64,000 nucleotides of DNA, taken from Escherichia phage vB_EcoM-LTH01. Below are positions 7,357 through 17,321 of this stretch, piece by piece. The notes below the pieces were generated by a model. The model ran no database searches and was not told the DNA's origin. It worked only from the letters and a program-made list of their open reading frames with translations. A program made the position numbers and the translations under genes. Position 1 is the stretch's first letter. Every line of letters begins with the position of its first letter. The stretch lies in sequence record PP430345. The stretch is one strand, 5' to 3'.

Positions 7357-10300
7357 TTAGCGACGAGTGATGAATACGTCAATCAATGGGCCTTTGCCAC
7401 GATAAACCATGTTAACTACCGATACAGTGTTTGCATCTGTGTTGATGGTTTCAGTACCGTGTACAACAAACTCCGATCCGAATGTTACCGCATGTCCACC
7501 TGTACCATCCTGTTCAAAGAAGAGGAACACTGACTCACCTTTTCCTGAACTCAACAGGCCAATCGGTGCTTTCACTTCAACATCATTTATAACGTTTACG
7601 TTATATATGCTCGTTGAGCCGTCTGGGATATAAGAAGAAGAGGTGGTGCTTACTTCTTTTGGTGTGGTGCTGAACTTGCTTGCGGAAATGGCGTTTTCAG
7701 AACTAAGGGATTGAACATTTAACGGTACAGTCGGGATATTAAACTGACCAGTTACAGTCAGGTCTGTTATGTTCGCCGTCGTTAACGTAGCTGTCGTGGT
7801 AGACAAAGATGCAGGCTCGATCGCCTTTCCAGACAAGTCGATATTGCCAGAGATGTTACCAACAACAGTCAGGTTTCCACCAACTCGAAGGTTCTTGTTG
7901 ATGTTTGCACCGGAAAGAGAAGTTATCCCGTATGTAGGTGCACCTTCATAATCTTCACCGAATGTACCAGATAATCCAGTTACCGATGTACGAGACTCAA
8001 TGGAAAGGGCACTTACTGTTCCCGTTGAGGTCATAGAAGCAACGTTAACGTCTTGAGAGCTAAGGTCAATGTTGCCAGTTACAGTTCCTGTTACGTTAAG
8101 GTCGCCCTGAATCTCACCTGGTCCACGAACTTCAAGAGCAGGATCACTAGACCCGACAGTACGAGTGATAACCGTGTTACCTGAAGTTACTTTACCAGCA
8201 CGGATATCATCGGTGATGACTTGATCAATGTTGCCTATCCCTGAAACCTCTAAGCTTCCTGCCATTACTTGTCCAGTTGAAATCAAAGAACCAACTTCAG
8301 CTTGACCTGTGGCAACAATTGCAGTAGTCTGAATCTCAACTTGAGCGGTTACGCTACGGGGAGAGATATCTTTACCGTTTATGCTTTCCGCTGTCCCTAA
8401 GGCGTTACCATTCGCGTCCAGAAGAGATCCAAATACCTGTACGTCATTGAAGCTTGCTTGACCTTGAACAGATGTGATATTACCAGCGGTGATAGTCAAA
8501 CCATCATTTAAGGTAACAGCACCTTCCAAGAGGCTAGTCTCTTCGACACGTAGCGTTTTAGTTCTCACAGACGTTGCAGACTGCACACTATTTGGAAGAA
8601 TGTCTTGACCAGTGACGTTTGCAAAGAATTGCTCACCATTGGCATTTGTCAGGTTTCCAGTTACCTGAAGATCTACCGTAGTAATCTTTTGATTGTTGGT
8701 TATGTTATTAGCAGTAACCTCGTCAAAAGTTGATCCACGAGTAACCGTCAGGGTATTAACCTGAATGTCCCGCCCAGTGAGGTCTACTTCAAAACCTGTT
8801 ACAGTTCCCGTGATTGTCAGGTTATTTACCTGAGTTTCTCCAGTGGCTGTCAGGTTTGCCGTTGTAACGCTCTCAGAAGCTTCTACAGACGTTGTTTCCA
8901 CAGAGGATGGGAGAATGTCTTGTCCGTCAACATTTCCCGTTACAGTGATTCCTGTGGTGGTTCCTGTGACTACAAGATTGTTAACCGTTGTGGTCGAAGT
9001 TGTTCCTGCGGTAATGTCGCCACTAACTGAGAGGCTCGCACCATCAATTGCAGCAGCCGTTATGTCCCCAGTATCTAAGCTTTGGATACTTAACTCACCG
9101 TCTAGAGTAATATCACCACGAACACGCATGTTGTTACCAACATCGATGTTTCCTGTGGTTGTCACCGAAGAAGGAGAGATTGCTTCACCATCAATAGAGA
9201 CTGTAACTCCCGTCAGGTTTCCAGTGATCTCAAGATCCTTGATCGTTGCCTTGTTAGTCACTGTCAGATCTTGGAATTCAACAGCAGAAGTTCCAAAGTC
9301 GATATCGGCCCTGAGTGTTCCATTAACCGTCAGGTTGTTTACCGTAACATCGCCGGAAGCAGTAGTAGGTCCAGTAATGTTTAAGCTCTCTGCCACAGTA
9401 ACAGATGTTGCACTCACATTACGAGGGGAAATGTCTTTCCCGTCAACACCGATTCCAGCACCCGTGAGAGTACCTTCGATTCTTACATTTTTCAATACTG
9501 TATTGCCAGCAACGGCAAGATCTGCACCGAGAGTTGTATTTCCCTTGACCTCCGCAGTTCTTTCAACCACAATGCTGTTAGGATTAATATCCAGACCTTC
9601 AACGTCAGCCTTCAATCCTTCAATGGTGTTCGTCACACGAAGAGTATTTATTTCCGCAATACCGTCAACGATCAGCTGTGGGCGGTCTTCTGCGTTATTG
9701 GCATTACCCTCTAAGTGAAGATAGTCACCTTGCATGAATCCATCAACATCAAGAGAATTCGTGGAAACAGAGGTATTTCCAACCTTGATCTCTCTCGCAG
9801 TTATATTATCGCTATCAACAACACCAGTGGTGACTTGGAAAGGCTTTATATTTGTTCTTTTGGTTAACCCTGCCTGGGGTGGAACGCCATTTTGTTCAAA
9901 TGCGATTTCTGCGTCTGTGCCTGTCATTCGTAATCTTTTTAAAGATAATTCGGCATCAAGAGCAGCGATCCTGTCGCCAGTGAAGATGGTTTCTCCACTT
10001 ACATAGAGATCTTTCAGACTCGCATCATCTGCAACGATAATGTTTTGGAATTCACCTTTGGACTCTTCAAGAACCTCACCACGTACTTTTTCTATTTCTC
10101 GGCTAACCCAAGCGGTGTTCGCGATAGTAAATGAGCTATCACCTTCAGCAGCAAGAGGTACAGTAGGGTTTCCACGGAAGACAGGGGAAAGGATAGGGGC
10201 GTAAGTTTCTTGAATGTTACCTTTATCGAAGAAAGGTCTGAACTTCCCGTCGTTGATCGGACTGTCTCGCATAACGACAGGGGTACTAGTAGTTGCACCT

Positions 10301-10590
10301 GGGGCATACCACCAAGTTACGTTGCCATTTACATCGGTAAAGGCATACAACTGATTGAATTCAATAACTGAACTTCCATTTCTCCACGGTAACGGTGGAG
10401 TTTTGAAATAAAAGTTATCAATTATTGCTTTACGTACACTCGGGATTAAGCTACCATCTTCTGTAACAGCTTGTTCAGTTGCTGTGCCGTTGACGATCAA
10501 ATGAAGTCTTCGAGAGTCTTCGATGATCTGATCAACAGCAAGGTCTGCTTCGGTGCTTACCAGTGCCAATATATCAGTATTAGACGACAC
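7357..10590 (-). CDS. long tail fibre / tail spike protein (1077 aa)
   Basis: GTG start. About 8 degenerate repeats of 'G(K/Q/E)(D/A)I.P.SV..T.....L.VTG' consistent with a beta-helical shaft. Located in the tail-fibre block. Confidence 0.75.
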   Translation of the reverse strand: MSSNTDILALVSTEADLAVDQIIEDSRRLHLIVNGTATEQAVTEDGSLIPSVRKAIIDNFYFKTPPLPWRNGSSVIEFNQLYAFTDVNGNVTWWYAPGATTSTPVVMRDSPINDGKFRPFFDKGNIQETYAPILSPVFRGNPTVPLAAEGDSSFTIANTAWVSREIEKVRGEVLEESKGEFQNIIVADDASLKDLYVSGETIFTGDRIAALDAELSLKRLRMTGTDAEIAFEQNGVPPQAGLTKRTNIKPFQVTTGVVDSDNITAREIKVGNTSVSTNSLDVDGFMQGDYLHLEGNANNAEDRPQLIVDGIAEINTLRVTNTIEGLKADVEGLDINPNSIVVERTAEVKGNTTLGADLAVAGNTVLKNVRIEGTLTGAGIGVDGKDISPRNVSATSVTVAESLNITGPTTASGDVTVNNLTVNGTLRADIDFGTSAVEFQDLTVTNKATIKDLEITGNLTGVTVSIDGEAISPSSVTTTGNIDVGNNMRVRGDITLDGELSIQSLDTGDITAAAIDGASLSVSGDITAGTTSTTTVNNLVVTGTTTGITVTGNVDGQDILPSSVETTSVEASESVTTANLTATGETQVNNLTITGTVTGFEVDLTGRDIQVNTLTVTRGSTFDEVTANNITNNQKITTVDLQVTGNLTNANGEQFFANVTGQDILPNSVQSATSVRTKTLRVEETSLLEGAVTLNDGLTITAGNITSVQGQASFNDVQVFGSLLDANGNALGTAESINGKDISPRSVTAQVEIQTTAIVATGQAEVGSLISTGQVMAGSLEVSGIGNIDQVITDDIRAGKVTSGNTVITRTVGSSDPALEVRGPGEIQGDLNVTGTVTGNIDLSSQDVNVASMTSTGTVSALSIESRTSVTGLSGTFGEDYEGAPTYGITSLSGANINKNLRVGGNLTVVGNISGNIDLSGKAIEPASLSTTTATLTTANITDLTVTGQFNIPTVPLNVQSLSSENAISASKFSTTPKEVSTTSSSYIPDGSTSIYNVNVINDVEVKAPIGLLSSGKGESVFLFFEQDGTGGHAVTFGSEFVVHGTETINTDANTVSVVNMVYRGKGPLIDVFITRR

Positions 10591-10602
10591 AGTTTTCTCC
10601 TC

Positions 10603-10863
10603 TTACTTGTTTTCGTCGGAAGGGTCTTTATCTTTTTTCAAAGATAATCCCCAACGGAGGTTGATGAGGTCACTCAACAGGTGTGGGGCCACTACCGTAG
10701 GGGCATAAAGCCATACGTACCATTCAGGCAATGTATTGTTGAATCCATACCAGAGAAAGACGGCAGTCATAGCAGCCATACCTACGTTAGACCAAAACTT
10801 CGTATGAGAAGCTTTATCTGGTTCCACCGCAGAGGTCACTAGGTCTTTGAGAAATTTTAACAT
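10603..10863 (-). CDS. small membrane protein, holin-like (86 aa)
   Basis: Two hydrophobic helices (NVGMAAMTAVFLWYGF, VWLYAPTVVAPHLL) and a charged C-tail KKDKDPSDENK. Confidence 0.45.
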   Translation of the reverse strand: MLKFLKDLVTSAVEPDKASHTKFWSNVGMAAMTAVFLWYGFNNTLPEWYVWLYAPTVVAPHLLSDLINLRWGLSLKKDKDPSDENK

Positions 10864-10885
10864 AGATCACCTTCATTATCAATGT

Positions 10886-11344
10886 TCATACCATGTGGGC
10901 AATGAGCACTAGAAATATCACTACTGCTGTTCTTATCCATTCCGGTACGGTATTATCCTTCCAAGAATAAACGAACACAAAGGTTTCTATGAAATATTTG
11001 TGAGCGTCTCTAAGAGCGAATTCGTAAACCCATAAGGGGAACAATTCTGGATATTGGATTGCAAACACTTGAATAAGCATGAACGGAATACTTAGGCATA
11101 CGATAAGTTTTTGTCGTAATCCTTTCACTGTACAACCCATAGTGAAAAGCAGTATCGAATCCAATGTCCAGACGACATTAAAATAAAGAGTGATATCGAA
11201 ATTGATTTGCGTAGAGAAGAACCAAAGGATCAGGTTCTCCAATACGAGATAGGCCAGGCAAAGCCCAGCCATTATCTTTGTTCCACTCTCTTTTCGAGTA
11301 GCAAGGATTACGAAACAAATGCCATATATTATGGCTGTAATCAT
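10886..11344 (-). CDS. polytopic membrane protein (152 aa, ~5 TM)
   Basis: Hydrophobic segments run throughout. Start overlaps the upstream gene. Confidence 0.5.
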   Translation of the reverse strand: MITAIIYGICFVILATRKESGTKIMAGLCLAYLVLENLILWFFSTQINFDITLYFNVVWTLDSILLFTMGCTVKGLRQKLIVCLSIPFMLIQVFAIQYPELFPLWVYEFALRDAHKYFIETFVFVYSWKDNTVPEWIRTAVVIFLVLIAHMV

Positions 11345-11673
11345 TTGCGGTTCTCAATAATTTTGTTTAGTAATTCTCGAATATCCTTCTGTAGAGCGTG
11401 GTTTTCTTCTTTTGCTTCCTTTCGCATATCTGTGATATCGGTCCTAATATCTTGGATCGTATCGGTGATATGTTTTATCTTACGGTCAAGAATGGCATCG
11501 ATACTATCCTTAGTAACCGCAGATTCCTTCAAGCGAAGAACATCTTTTTCAAGCTCACTTTGACGTGACTCTAATTTTTTAAAGTCGGTGTAAAAGATCT
11601 TTAATGCACCCAGCAAAATGAATGTTAAAAGACCCCAAAGTGCTTTCAGAACTGCCATTATATCAACAATCAT
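11341..11673 (-). CDS. membrane-anchored coiled-coil protein (110 aa)
   Basis: The track start at 11706 lies inside the upstream terminator hairpin. ATG 11673 follows a GGAG SD. N-terminal TM (ALWGLLTFILLGAL) with a heptad-rich C-terminus. Confidence 0.5.
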   Translation of the reverse strand: MIVDIMAVLKALWGLLTFILLGALKIFYTDFKKLESRQSELEKDVLRLKESAVTKDSIDAILDRKIKHITDTIQDIRTDITDMRKEAKEENHALQKDIRELLNKIIENRK

Positions 11674-11683
11674 AAGTCTCCAT

Positions 11684-11703
11684 AGTCGGGCCGAAGCCCG
11701 ACT
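11684..11703 (-). terminator. hairpin with UUCG tetraloop after the tail-fibre assembly gene
   Basis: Minus strand reads AGTCGGGC-TTCG-GCCCGACT (8 bp). No long U-run follows. Confidence 0.5.
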
Positions 11704-11712
11704 CATCTAAGG

Positions 11713-12225
11713 TTAAAAGGTGAACTCTGACCAGTCGATATCACCAGGGGAGGTGCTATCAGGGATACGCATGACTTTAACTCTCATCTTGCGAAGATCG
11801 TTATATCTCTCAAGCTCATCGTCTGTAGCATCTCCCAATTCAACAGCATCCTGAAGCGGAACGATAACAGAACCGATCACTTGCAGAATGCCAGCCTTTC
11901 TTGCAGCGGTGCTAAAAGCAGGGTCATAATCTGCCTTAACTACCTGTTTACCGTTGAATGACCAAACACCGCCTTGCAAAGAAAAATCTTTGGGAAGTGT
12001 ATTAAGATCCACAACAGACAAACCACCTGGGTGAAGACGAGTAACCTCTTCACTCTTTGCCCAGCCACGGACAATACTATGTTCATCAAAGAAAACAACA
12101 TATTTCTTTTTGAACAGTTCGCGAGAGTCGTAGAAATCACGACCTTTATCGTCCTGAAAATACTGAACACCTTCTCCAAAAGCTTTAACTTCCGGTGTAT
12201 AAAGCTTGAAGTTATTCATTCTCAT
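11713..12225 (-). CDS. tail fibre assembly chaperone (171 aa)
   Basis: C-terminus PLQDAVELGDATDDELERYNDLRKMRVKVMRIPDSTSPGDIDW matches the lambda Tfa / P2 gpG-type signature. ATG 12225 has a GGAGGG SD. The track start at 12333 would overlap the fibre gene. Confidence 0.75.
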   Translation of the reverse strand: MRMNNFKLYTPEVKAFGEGVQYFQDDKGRDFYDSRELFKKKYVVFFDEHSIVRGWAKSEEVTRLHPGGLSVVDLNTLPKDFSLQGGVWSFNGKQVVKADYDPAFSTAARKAGILQVIGSVIVPLQDAVELGDATDDELERYNDLRKMRVKVMRIPDSTSPGDIDWSEFTF

Positions 12226-12227
12226 AA

Positions 12228-13862
12228 TTAGCCCTCCACCGTTACCCATACGCCAGACATACGCTTCTGGATTGGTTTGTAATAACCTTGGTTTAATCCA
12301 AGTCCCGCTGAAACAACACCAGTGATTACGCAACCTGCCGGAGCACGTACAGGACTGGTATAGTTGTCCCCATTCATTGTCGTTTGTTGCTCAATACCTA
12401 AACGAACATCTTCGATAGTTTGAACAACTACGGCTGGAATAACTGTAACCTGCCTTGTTGCTTGGATTCCCGTAATAGATCCACGAACAGTAATAACAGC
12501 AGTACCTGGAGCAACACCCGATACATATCCACTTTGTGTAACGACAGCAACGTTAGCATTACTGGTGGAATACACTAGCGGCTCGTTGGAGTTGGCAGGT
12601 GTTCTGTTAACAGGGATCACTTCAGAATCGTTAACTTCCACACTAGGGATGCTGCCGATACTGATCGCTGTCAATGGTGTGTATGAAACTATTTTAACCT
12701 GTGCCGATATACCTGTGGAGATAGAGGCAATGATGTTAGTTTCACCTGGTCCAGTCAATCTTACATTACCAGCGCTATCCACGGTTGCAACATTACCATT
12801 CTGAGAGGTCCAAGTAACAGGATATTGGCTCGCCAAGTTTGCAGGGAGAACTTGAGCAGATATCCCTTGGGTAAAACCTACACGATTTGTAATGCTATCT
12901 GGTGTAGTAACAAGTGCAGTTGGTGACAGACTTCCAGTACCTTGTGCCTGATCAGTCTTGATAATGTACATCACTGCGACGTTCTTAGGTCTGTTTTCCG
13001 GTGCAGTCGGAACTACACGGCTTGCATCGAATCGAACATCACCTGCTGGGTTTTTACGATCGTGGTCAGGACCCGAGTTTGAGTTATATTGCGTATAAAG
13101 CGCACCTTGTTCACGATAACCGTGATCAGTACGGATACTTTCGTAACCCATTACACCCGTAATGTTTCGAATCGCATCACCTTGAATAGAACCTAAAGCA
13201 CGACCAGAGTCAGGGTCGTAAGCTCCAGATCCGTGCGCCCATCCACGAAGGAACAATCCACGATAATCAGGGACTACGTTTCGTCCTAAAACTTGGTACA
13301 GTCGTGGGTTCTGAGATGTACTGAATACTTGCCCGTTACACTCCAAGAATCCCGCCGGAGGAACTTGACCAGCCCAAGTAAGAATTGCACCAATCGGAAC
13401 CAGACGAGGCTCAAGCTCATCAATACGTGCGTTTAATCGGGAAACTGCATTATCTAAGTCTTGAGATAAACGAGTAACACGCTGATCAACCGCAGTGATC
13501 TCACGACGAAGATCTGCAACAGTCTGCTCTACATAAGTTCTTAAAGTTGCAACAGATTGTCTTACGTTCGCAACATCTTCACGAATAACTTCCAGTTGAT
13601 TGTTTACTCGTGTTTCGAGTTCCTGAATCAGTCGCTTGTATTCTTCTTCAACCTCTGGAAACTTCTCTTCTACGATCCAATTAAGCCAAGCACCAGACTG
13701 GTGAAGAATATAGTTGAATTCTTCTGCCGCTGGTTTTTGCCCTTTGTCATAGCCCTTTGCTAAAAGGTCATCAATCGGTTTTGATTTGTTAGGTCTTCCA
13801 GTACCAGGAAGGTTAACATCTTGTGCCGCAAAGACAACAATCGGTGTTGTTGGTCTAGCCAT
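12228..13862 (-). CDS. tail fibre protein with tail-collar and Big_2 domains (544 aa)
   Basis: N-terminal coiled coil. Collar motif PIGAILTWAG..PAGFLECNGQ..PDYRGLFLRGW. Two Ig-like (Big_2-type) repeats (..VTWTSQNGNVATVDSAGNVRLTGPGETNIIAS..). Confidence 0.75.
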   Translation of the reverse strand: MARPTTPIVVFAAQDVNLPGTGRPNKSKPIDDLLAKGYDKGQKPAAEEFNYILHQSGAWLNWIVEEKFPEVEEEYKRLIQELETRVNNQLEVIREDVANVRQSVATLRTYVEQTVADLRREITAVDQRVTRLSQDLDNAVSRLNARIDELEPRLVPIGAILTWAGQVPPAGFLECNGQVFSTSQNPRLYQVLGRNVVPDYRGLFLRGWAHGSGAYDPDSGRALGSIQGDAIRNITGVMGYESIRTDHGYREQGALYTQYNSNSGPDHDRKNPAGDVRFDASRVVPTAPENRPKNVAVMYIIKTDQAQGTGSLSPTALVTTPDSITNRVGFTQGISAQVLPANLASQYPVTWTSQNGNVATVDSAGNVRLTGPGETNIIASISTGISAQVKIVSYTPLTAISIGSIPSVEVNDSEVIPVNRTPANSNEPLVYSTSNANVAVVTQSGYVSGVAPGTAVITVRGSITGIQATRQVTVIPAVVVQTIEDVRLGIEQQTTMNGDNYTSPVRAPAGCVITGVVSAGLGLNQGYYKPIQKRMSGVWVTVEG

Positions 13863-13874
13863 TAAATTCTCCCA

Positions 13875-14516
13875 TTAAAAGCCCCAAGGGTCTTCGTCGT
13901 CAGATACATAAACTAAAGTTGCAAGTCCACCCGCGCCAGTACGATCAGTGTCGTAGACGGATGCCCACCCAAATGCTTGTTCGTCACCCTCAAATCCAAA
14001 CGGGTATCCCTGATTCTCCACAACTCGCAAGTGAGTCACCAGAGGGAGCATATCAAGTATTTGGTCAAGAATAAGCTCAACTTCCACACAGGTATTGAAG
14101 ATGTTAATATCCATACGGTAATTTCTACCCTTATAGGTAGTCACACCCTCCTCACCGAATAATTGCTTCAGTGTGGATATAATTTCAGATCTTGTTCCAC
14201 TTTTAGATCCAATAGCTGTAAGGATTATAATAACAGCCCTGTACTCAGGATCATTCAATCCGTTACGGAAGATACCGTTTTGTCTGCCTATTTCGTCGAG
14301 AGTGTCGCCCTCTGCATTGATGATTGTTCTCATCTCTGCCAGTTCAACAGCTTTCTGATCTATGAGTTCAAGACGTTTCAAGAAGATCTCAAGGACCTTT
14401 TGGATGTTATCTTTATTCTCAAAGATCTCAGGGGGTAAATAATCAATACCCCCTTTGACGAAATCAGGCAGAGGATGGATGTGGTTAACATCCTTCTTTT
14501 CTGTAACCTCTGCCAT
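13875..14516 (-). CDS. baseplate protein, P2 gpI / Mu gp48-like (213 aa)
   Basis: Positioned after the J-like gene. N-terminus ..YLPPEIFENKDNIQKVLEIF..INAEGDTLDEIGRQNG resembles the DUF2313 tail protein family. Confidence 0.55.
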   Translation of the reverse strand: MAEVTEKKDVNHIHPLPDFVKGGIDYLPPEIFENKDNIQKVLEIFLKRLELIDQKAVELAEMRTIINAEGDTLDEIGRQNGIFRNGLNDPEYRAVIIILTAIGSKSGTRSEIISTLKQLFGEEGVTTYKGRNYRMDINIFNTCVEVELILDQILDMLPLVTHLRVVENQGYPFGFEGDEQAFGWASVYDTDRTGAGGLATLVYVSDDEDPWGF

Positions 14517-14525
14517 TCTTTCTCC

Positions 14526-16010
14526 TTAAACTATCTGACGGAATTCAATATTCTCTGCGGACAGGGCGAATACTTCAGTAACATCGGCAGATACATCTGT
14601 TCCAACATAGGAAGACTCAGGTTCTTCTACGTTCTTAATCTCAACAAAAACTTGAGTGAAACGAGATGATGCCGTTGAACTGATAACTGTACCTACCAAC
14701 TGAACGTTGTACAGAGTTCCGGCTATAATAGTCCCATTTATCGCAGTAATCAAGCTATTTGAGATAGTTGTTTCTTCGACAACAGAAAGAGGTCTTCCAC
14801 GATAGCTGATTCTCATACTCAGGTTACGAGCTTGGGCCTTCGTGTGCCAGATTGTTTCTACTTGGTCATCTTCAGTGGTGATGTTGTAGAAAGTACTCCC
14901 TGACGTATTGTTGGAACCAGCGATAGTGTCGTAAAGTACCTGACTGATTTCAGCAGTGTTACCACCGTAAACAACAGGCATGAAGGAGTAAGGAGGCACA
15001 CCAACAGAGTTTGTCTTGTCGGTATTGTTTGCAAAGATCCTTACCTTCTCTATACCCTCAACTTTGTTCAGCAGTGCAGAAAGGATCGCTGCACGAGTGG
15101 CCTTTCCTGTGTTAACTGCATCAATTGCACGGAGACGGTATTCATTATCTGATTCTACGTCTGACCCTGGGGTGAATGCAATCAGGTTCGTCAAGTCAAG
15201 GAAACCCGCCGGAACCGGACTTATTCCACGAACACTGAAAGCATCACGAGATGTTAAACCAGGCTCCGTAGCTCTAACATCCATTGTGATAGTTCTAGTA
15301 CCTGCCAATGGTTGAGTACGGAAATCGATTCTGCTTGACAAGCCGATAAGGTTCTTGTTACTATCATACCCAATGTGGATAGAGTTGGCTACGGAATCAA
15401 TAATGATTTTATCACGGTTGGACAGGATAGTGTTCTCCACAATGAAATCTTTAATTGCAGAGAAGAATGCGATAACAGGCGCACCAGTGGTGGCTGTCAA
15501 TTGATATGTCATGGTCTTGATCGATTGATCATTGATGTTCTGGATCTGTAATCGGTAACTTCCGACAGAAAGATCCGAACCACGGATGACCTGAGCAAAA
15601 ATGTTTCCTGCAACCTGAACATCGTTAGATAGACGATAATCGTTGTCGATGGTGTATGCAGAGGCAGAGTAAATCATGTTGTAAGGGATAGTGGAATCAA
15701 TGGTCAACTGAACCTGACCTGTGCTTCGAGTCTTCCCGTTACGATAAATACCACGCTTAGATAAAAGGTCGTCAAGGTAAATACCTTCTGCACCTTGCAT
15801 TGTCTGTGCGTAATAAACAGAACCCATCAACAACCAGAGTTGATATTCACGTTCGTTAAAGATAGAAATGAGTTTGTCAGCAACTGAGTTACTTTCGGTA
15901 TTGAAATCTTCACCAAATTCATTCTTGAAAGTTTTCTTCGTTTCCTGAATCAAGTCTTCCATCGGCGGGAGGTTAAATCCACTACCCGTTAGACCGTAAT
16001 TGGACGCCAT
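14526..16010 (-). CDS. baseplate wedge protein, J-like (494 aa)
   Basis: Size and position (after the W-like gene, before the I-like gene) fit a Mu/P2-type baseplate order. Confidence 0.55.
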   Translation of the reverse strand: MASNYGLTGSGFNLPPMEDLIQETKKTFKNEFGEDFNTESNSVADKLISIFNEREYQLWLLMGSVYYAQTMQGAEGIYLDDLLSKRGIYRNGKTRSTGQVQLTIDSTIPYNMIYSASAYTIDNDYRLSNDVQVAGNIFAQVIRGSDLSVGSYRLQIQNINDQSIKTMTYQLTATTGAPVIAFFSAIKDFIVENTILSNRDKIIIDSVANSIHIGYDSNKNLIGLSSRIDFRTQPLAGTRTITMDVRATEPGLTSRDAFSVRGISPVPAGFLDLTNLIAFTPGSDVESDNEYRLRAIDAVNTGKATRAAILSALLNKVEGIEKVRIFANNTDKTNSVGVPPYSFMPVVYGGNTAEISQVLYDTIAGSNNTSGSTFYNITTEDDQVETIWHTKAQARNLSMRISYRGRPLSVVEETTISNSLITAINGTIIAGTLYNVQLVGTVISSTASSRFTQVFVEIKNVEEPESSYVGTDVSADVTEVFALSAENIEFRQIV

Positions 16011-16044
16011 TGTTCCTCCTGCTCCAAAATTAGACGATAAGCGT

Positions 16045-16053
16045 ATTTTATCA
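16045..16053 (-). promoter_or_regulatory. extended -10 element TGaTAAAAT (late cassette)
   Basis: Lies directly downstream of terminator 16070-16095 and 35 nt upstream of ATG 16010. Confidence 0.45.
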
Positions 16054-16069
16054 TAATATCCAGAGAATT

Positions 16070-16095
16070 AAAAGAAAAGGGAGCACGAGGCTCCC
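16070..16095 (-). terminator. rho-independent terminator
   Basis: Minus strand has stem GGGAGC / GCUCCC (6 bp, loop CUCGU) followed by TTTTCTTTT. Confidence 0.65.
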
Positions 16096-16101
16096 TTGAG
16101 G

Positions 16102-16626
16102 TTATTTCCAGGTATTGACCCAAGTAGAGTCACCATATTTCGGTAATCTGAAGTTAATCAGGTAGTAAAGCTTGTTCTTGAATTCAATTAAAGAACCTTC
16201 GTCACCACACAGTTCAACGTTACCTTCCGGCGGTGTTGGATACTCATAAGTATCATCACCTAAGAATGCGAAGTTAATCTCTTCACCCTCTGACGTTACA
16301 ACCGTAAAGAAGCATTTATAACTACGGCTGTAAATCTCTACAGAGGAATTGAAATCTTTTATCGCGATCACATCCGGCTCTTGACGAACCTCTTGCTTTA
16401 TCCTATTATCCAGTACAGTTTTTGATAGTTTCTTGGCAATAAACATTCCGTAAGGGAAGCCTATTGTTTCATCGAAATACCAAGTTCCCTGCCAGATCCC
16501 GAAGCGAAGATAAAGCCTTTGACGTAAACTCATCTGGTTAGAGGTAACAACCTGCAAAGTCCTTGTCGAGAAATCAAGATCCCCTGTTAAGGGATCTAAA
16601 AGGAAGTCTTTAAATACTGTAGCCAT
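16102..16626 (-). CDS. baseplate protein, gpW/gp25-position (174 aa)
   Basis: Position after the spike gene. Motif SLRQRLYLRFGIWQGTWYFDETIGFPY resembles XkdS/DUF2634-type baseplate proteins. Confidence 0.5.
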   Translation of the reverse strand: MATVFKDFLLDPLTGDLDFSTRTLQVVTSNQMSLRQRLYLRFGIWQGTWYFDETIGFPYGMFIAKKLSKTVLDNRIKQEVRQEPDVIAIKDFNSSVEIYSRSYKCFFTVVTSEGEEINFAFLGDDTYEYPTPPEGNVELCGDEGSLIEFKNKLYYLINFRLPKYGDSTWVNTWK

Positions 16627-17318
16627 TATACTTTAACCCCACTGGTATCACCACCTCTTTCAACGCCACTATGTCTATGGTTGAGGTAGTCGGCATAAAA
16701 ATCTTCCAGATCAACACCGGAAGCTGTGATCACGTTACCGGAGGTTGTTATGGTGCAACCATTCACCCTTACCATTCCAGACTCCATCACTTCTATGTTG
16801 GCAGGACCATTCGAAAACGTCATCTTACCACTTTGCTCAATCTTTAGATTGGCAGCAGGATTCTGAAACGTCATCGTCCCATCAGGCATCAGTGTCATAA
16901 CACCTTTATCGTTCTCAAGAACAACGTTGTCGGGATGAGCAGCCTTTCCATTACCTTCGGTAAATATCTGCGTCACAGCCCAACCAGGGAATAATTGATG
17001 GGTATTCACATCCTTAAAGTCACCTTCGTTCCTTTCAGAGAAAGCAACACCCACCAAATCTCCGACTTTTATAGGCATAGATAATCTTGCCTTTCCACCT
17101 GCGCCGGAAGGGAAGTTAATCGGAACATCGTAAATAACTGGATAAGCTTCTACTGTTCCGTTATCAAATTCCGTTTGTGCCATAGGTTTAACATCGACAG
17201 AGGGGATGGCGTAATTAACGCCAACCACTGTTCCTCGGATGTTAGTATGCACGTTGTTTCGCAGATATCTTCCGACAAAGACAGATAGTGCTGCATCATA
17301 ACGATCTACGTAAGCCAT
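16626..17318 (-). CDS. baseplate spike / assembly protein V-like (230 aa)
   Basis: N-terminus looks like an OB fold (GTVVGVNYAIPSVDVKP, KVGDLVGVAF). C-terminus is Gly/Asn-rich and beta-helix-like. Confidence 0.6.
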   Translation of the reverse strand: MAYVDRYDAALSVFVGRYLRNNVHTNIRGTVVGVNYAIPSVDVKPMAQTEFDNGTVEAYPVIYDVPINFPSGAGGKARLSMPIKVGDLVGVAFSERNEGDFKDVNTHQLFPGWAVTQIFTEGNGKAAHPDNVVLENDKGVMTLMPDGTMTFQNPAANLKIEQSGKMTFSNGPANIEVMESGMVRVNGCTITTSGNVITASGVDLEDFYADYLNHRHSGVERGGDTSGVKV

Positions 17319-17321
17319 AAG

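Noticed and set aside
8843-9718. 291-aa plus-strand ORF (plus 7409.., 7769.., 9734..) antisense to the 1077-aa fibre gene
   Set aside because: It lies wholly inside a well-supported minus-strand gene. The product is Val/Pro/Ser-rich mirror-image low complexity. No SD is present.
11674-12333. N-terminal extensions proposed by the ORF track (11706, 12333, 27094, 37301, 41174, 46066, 46840, 51073, 58136, 62288)
   Set aside because: Each extension would overlap the upstream gene, a terminator hairpin or a promoter. In each case an internal start with a proper SD exists.
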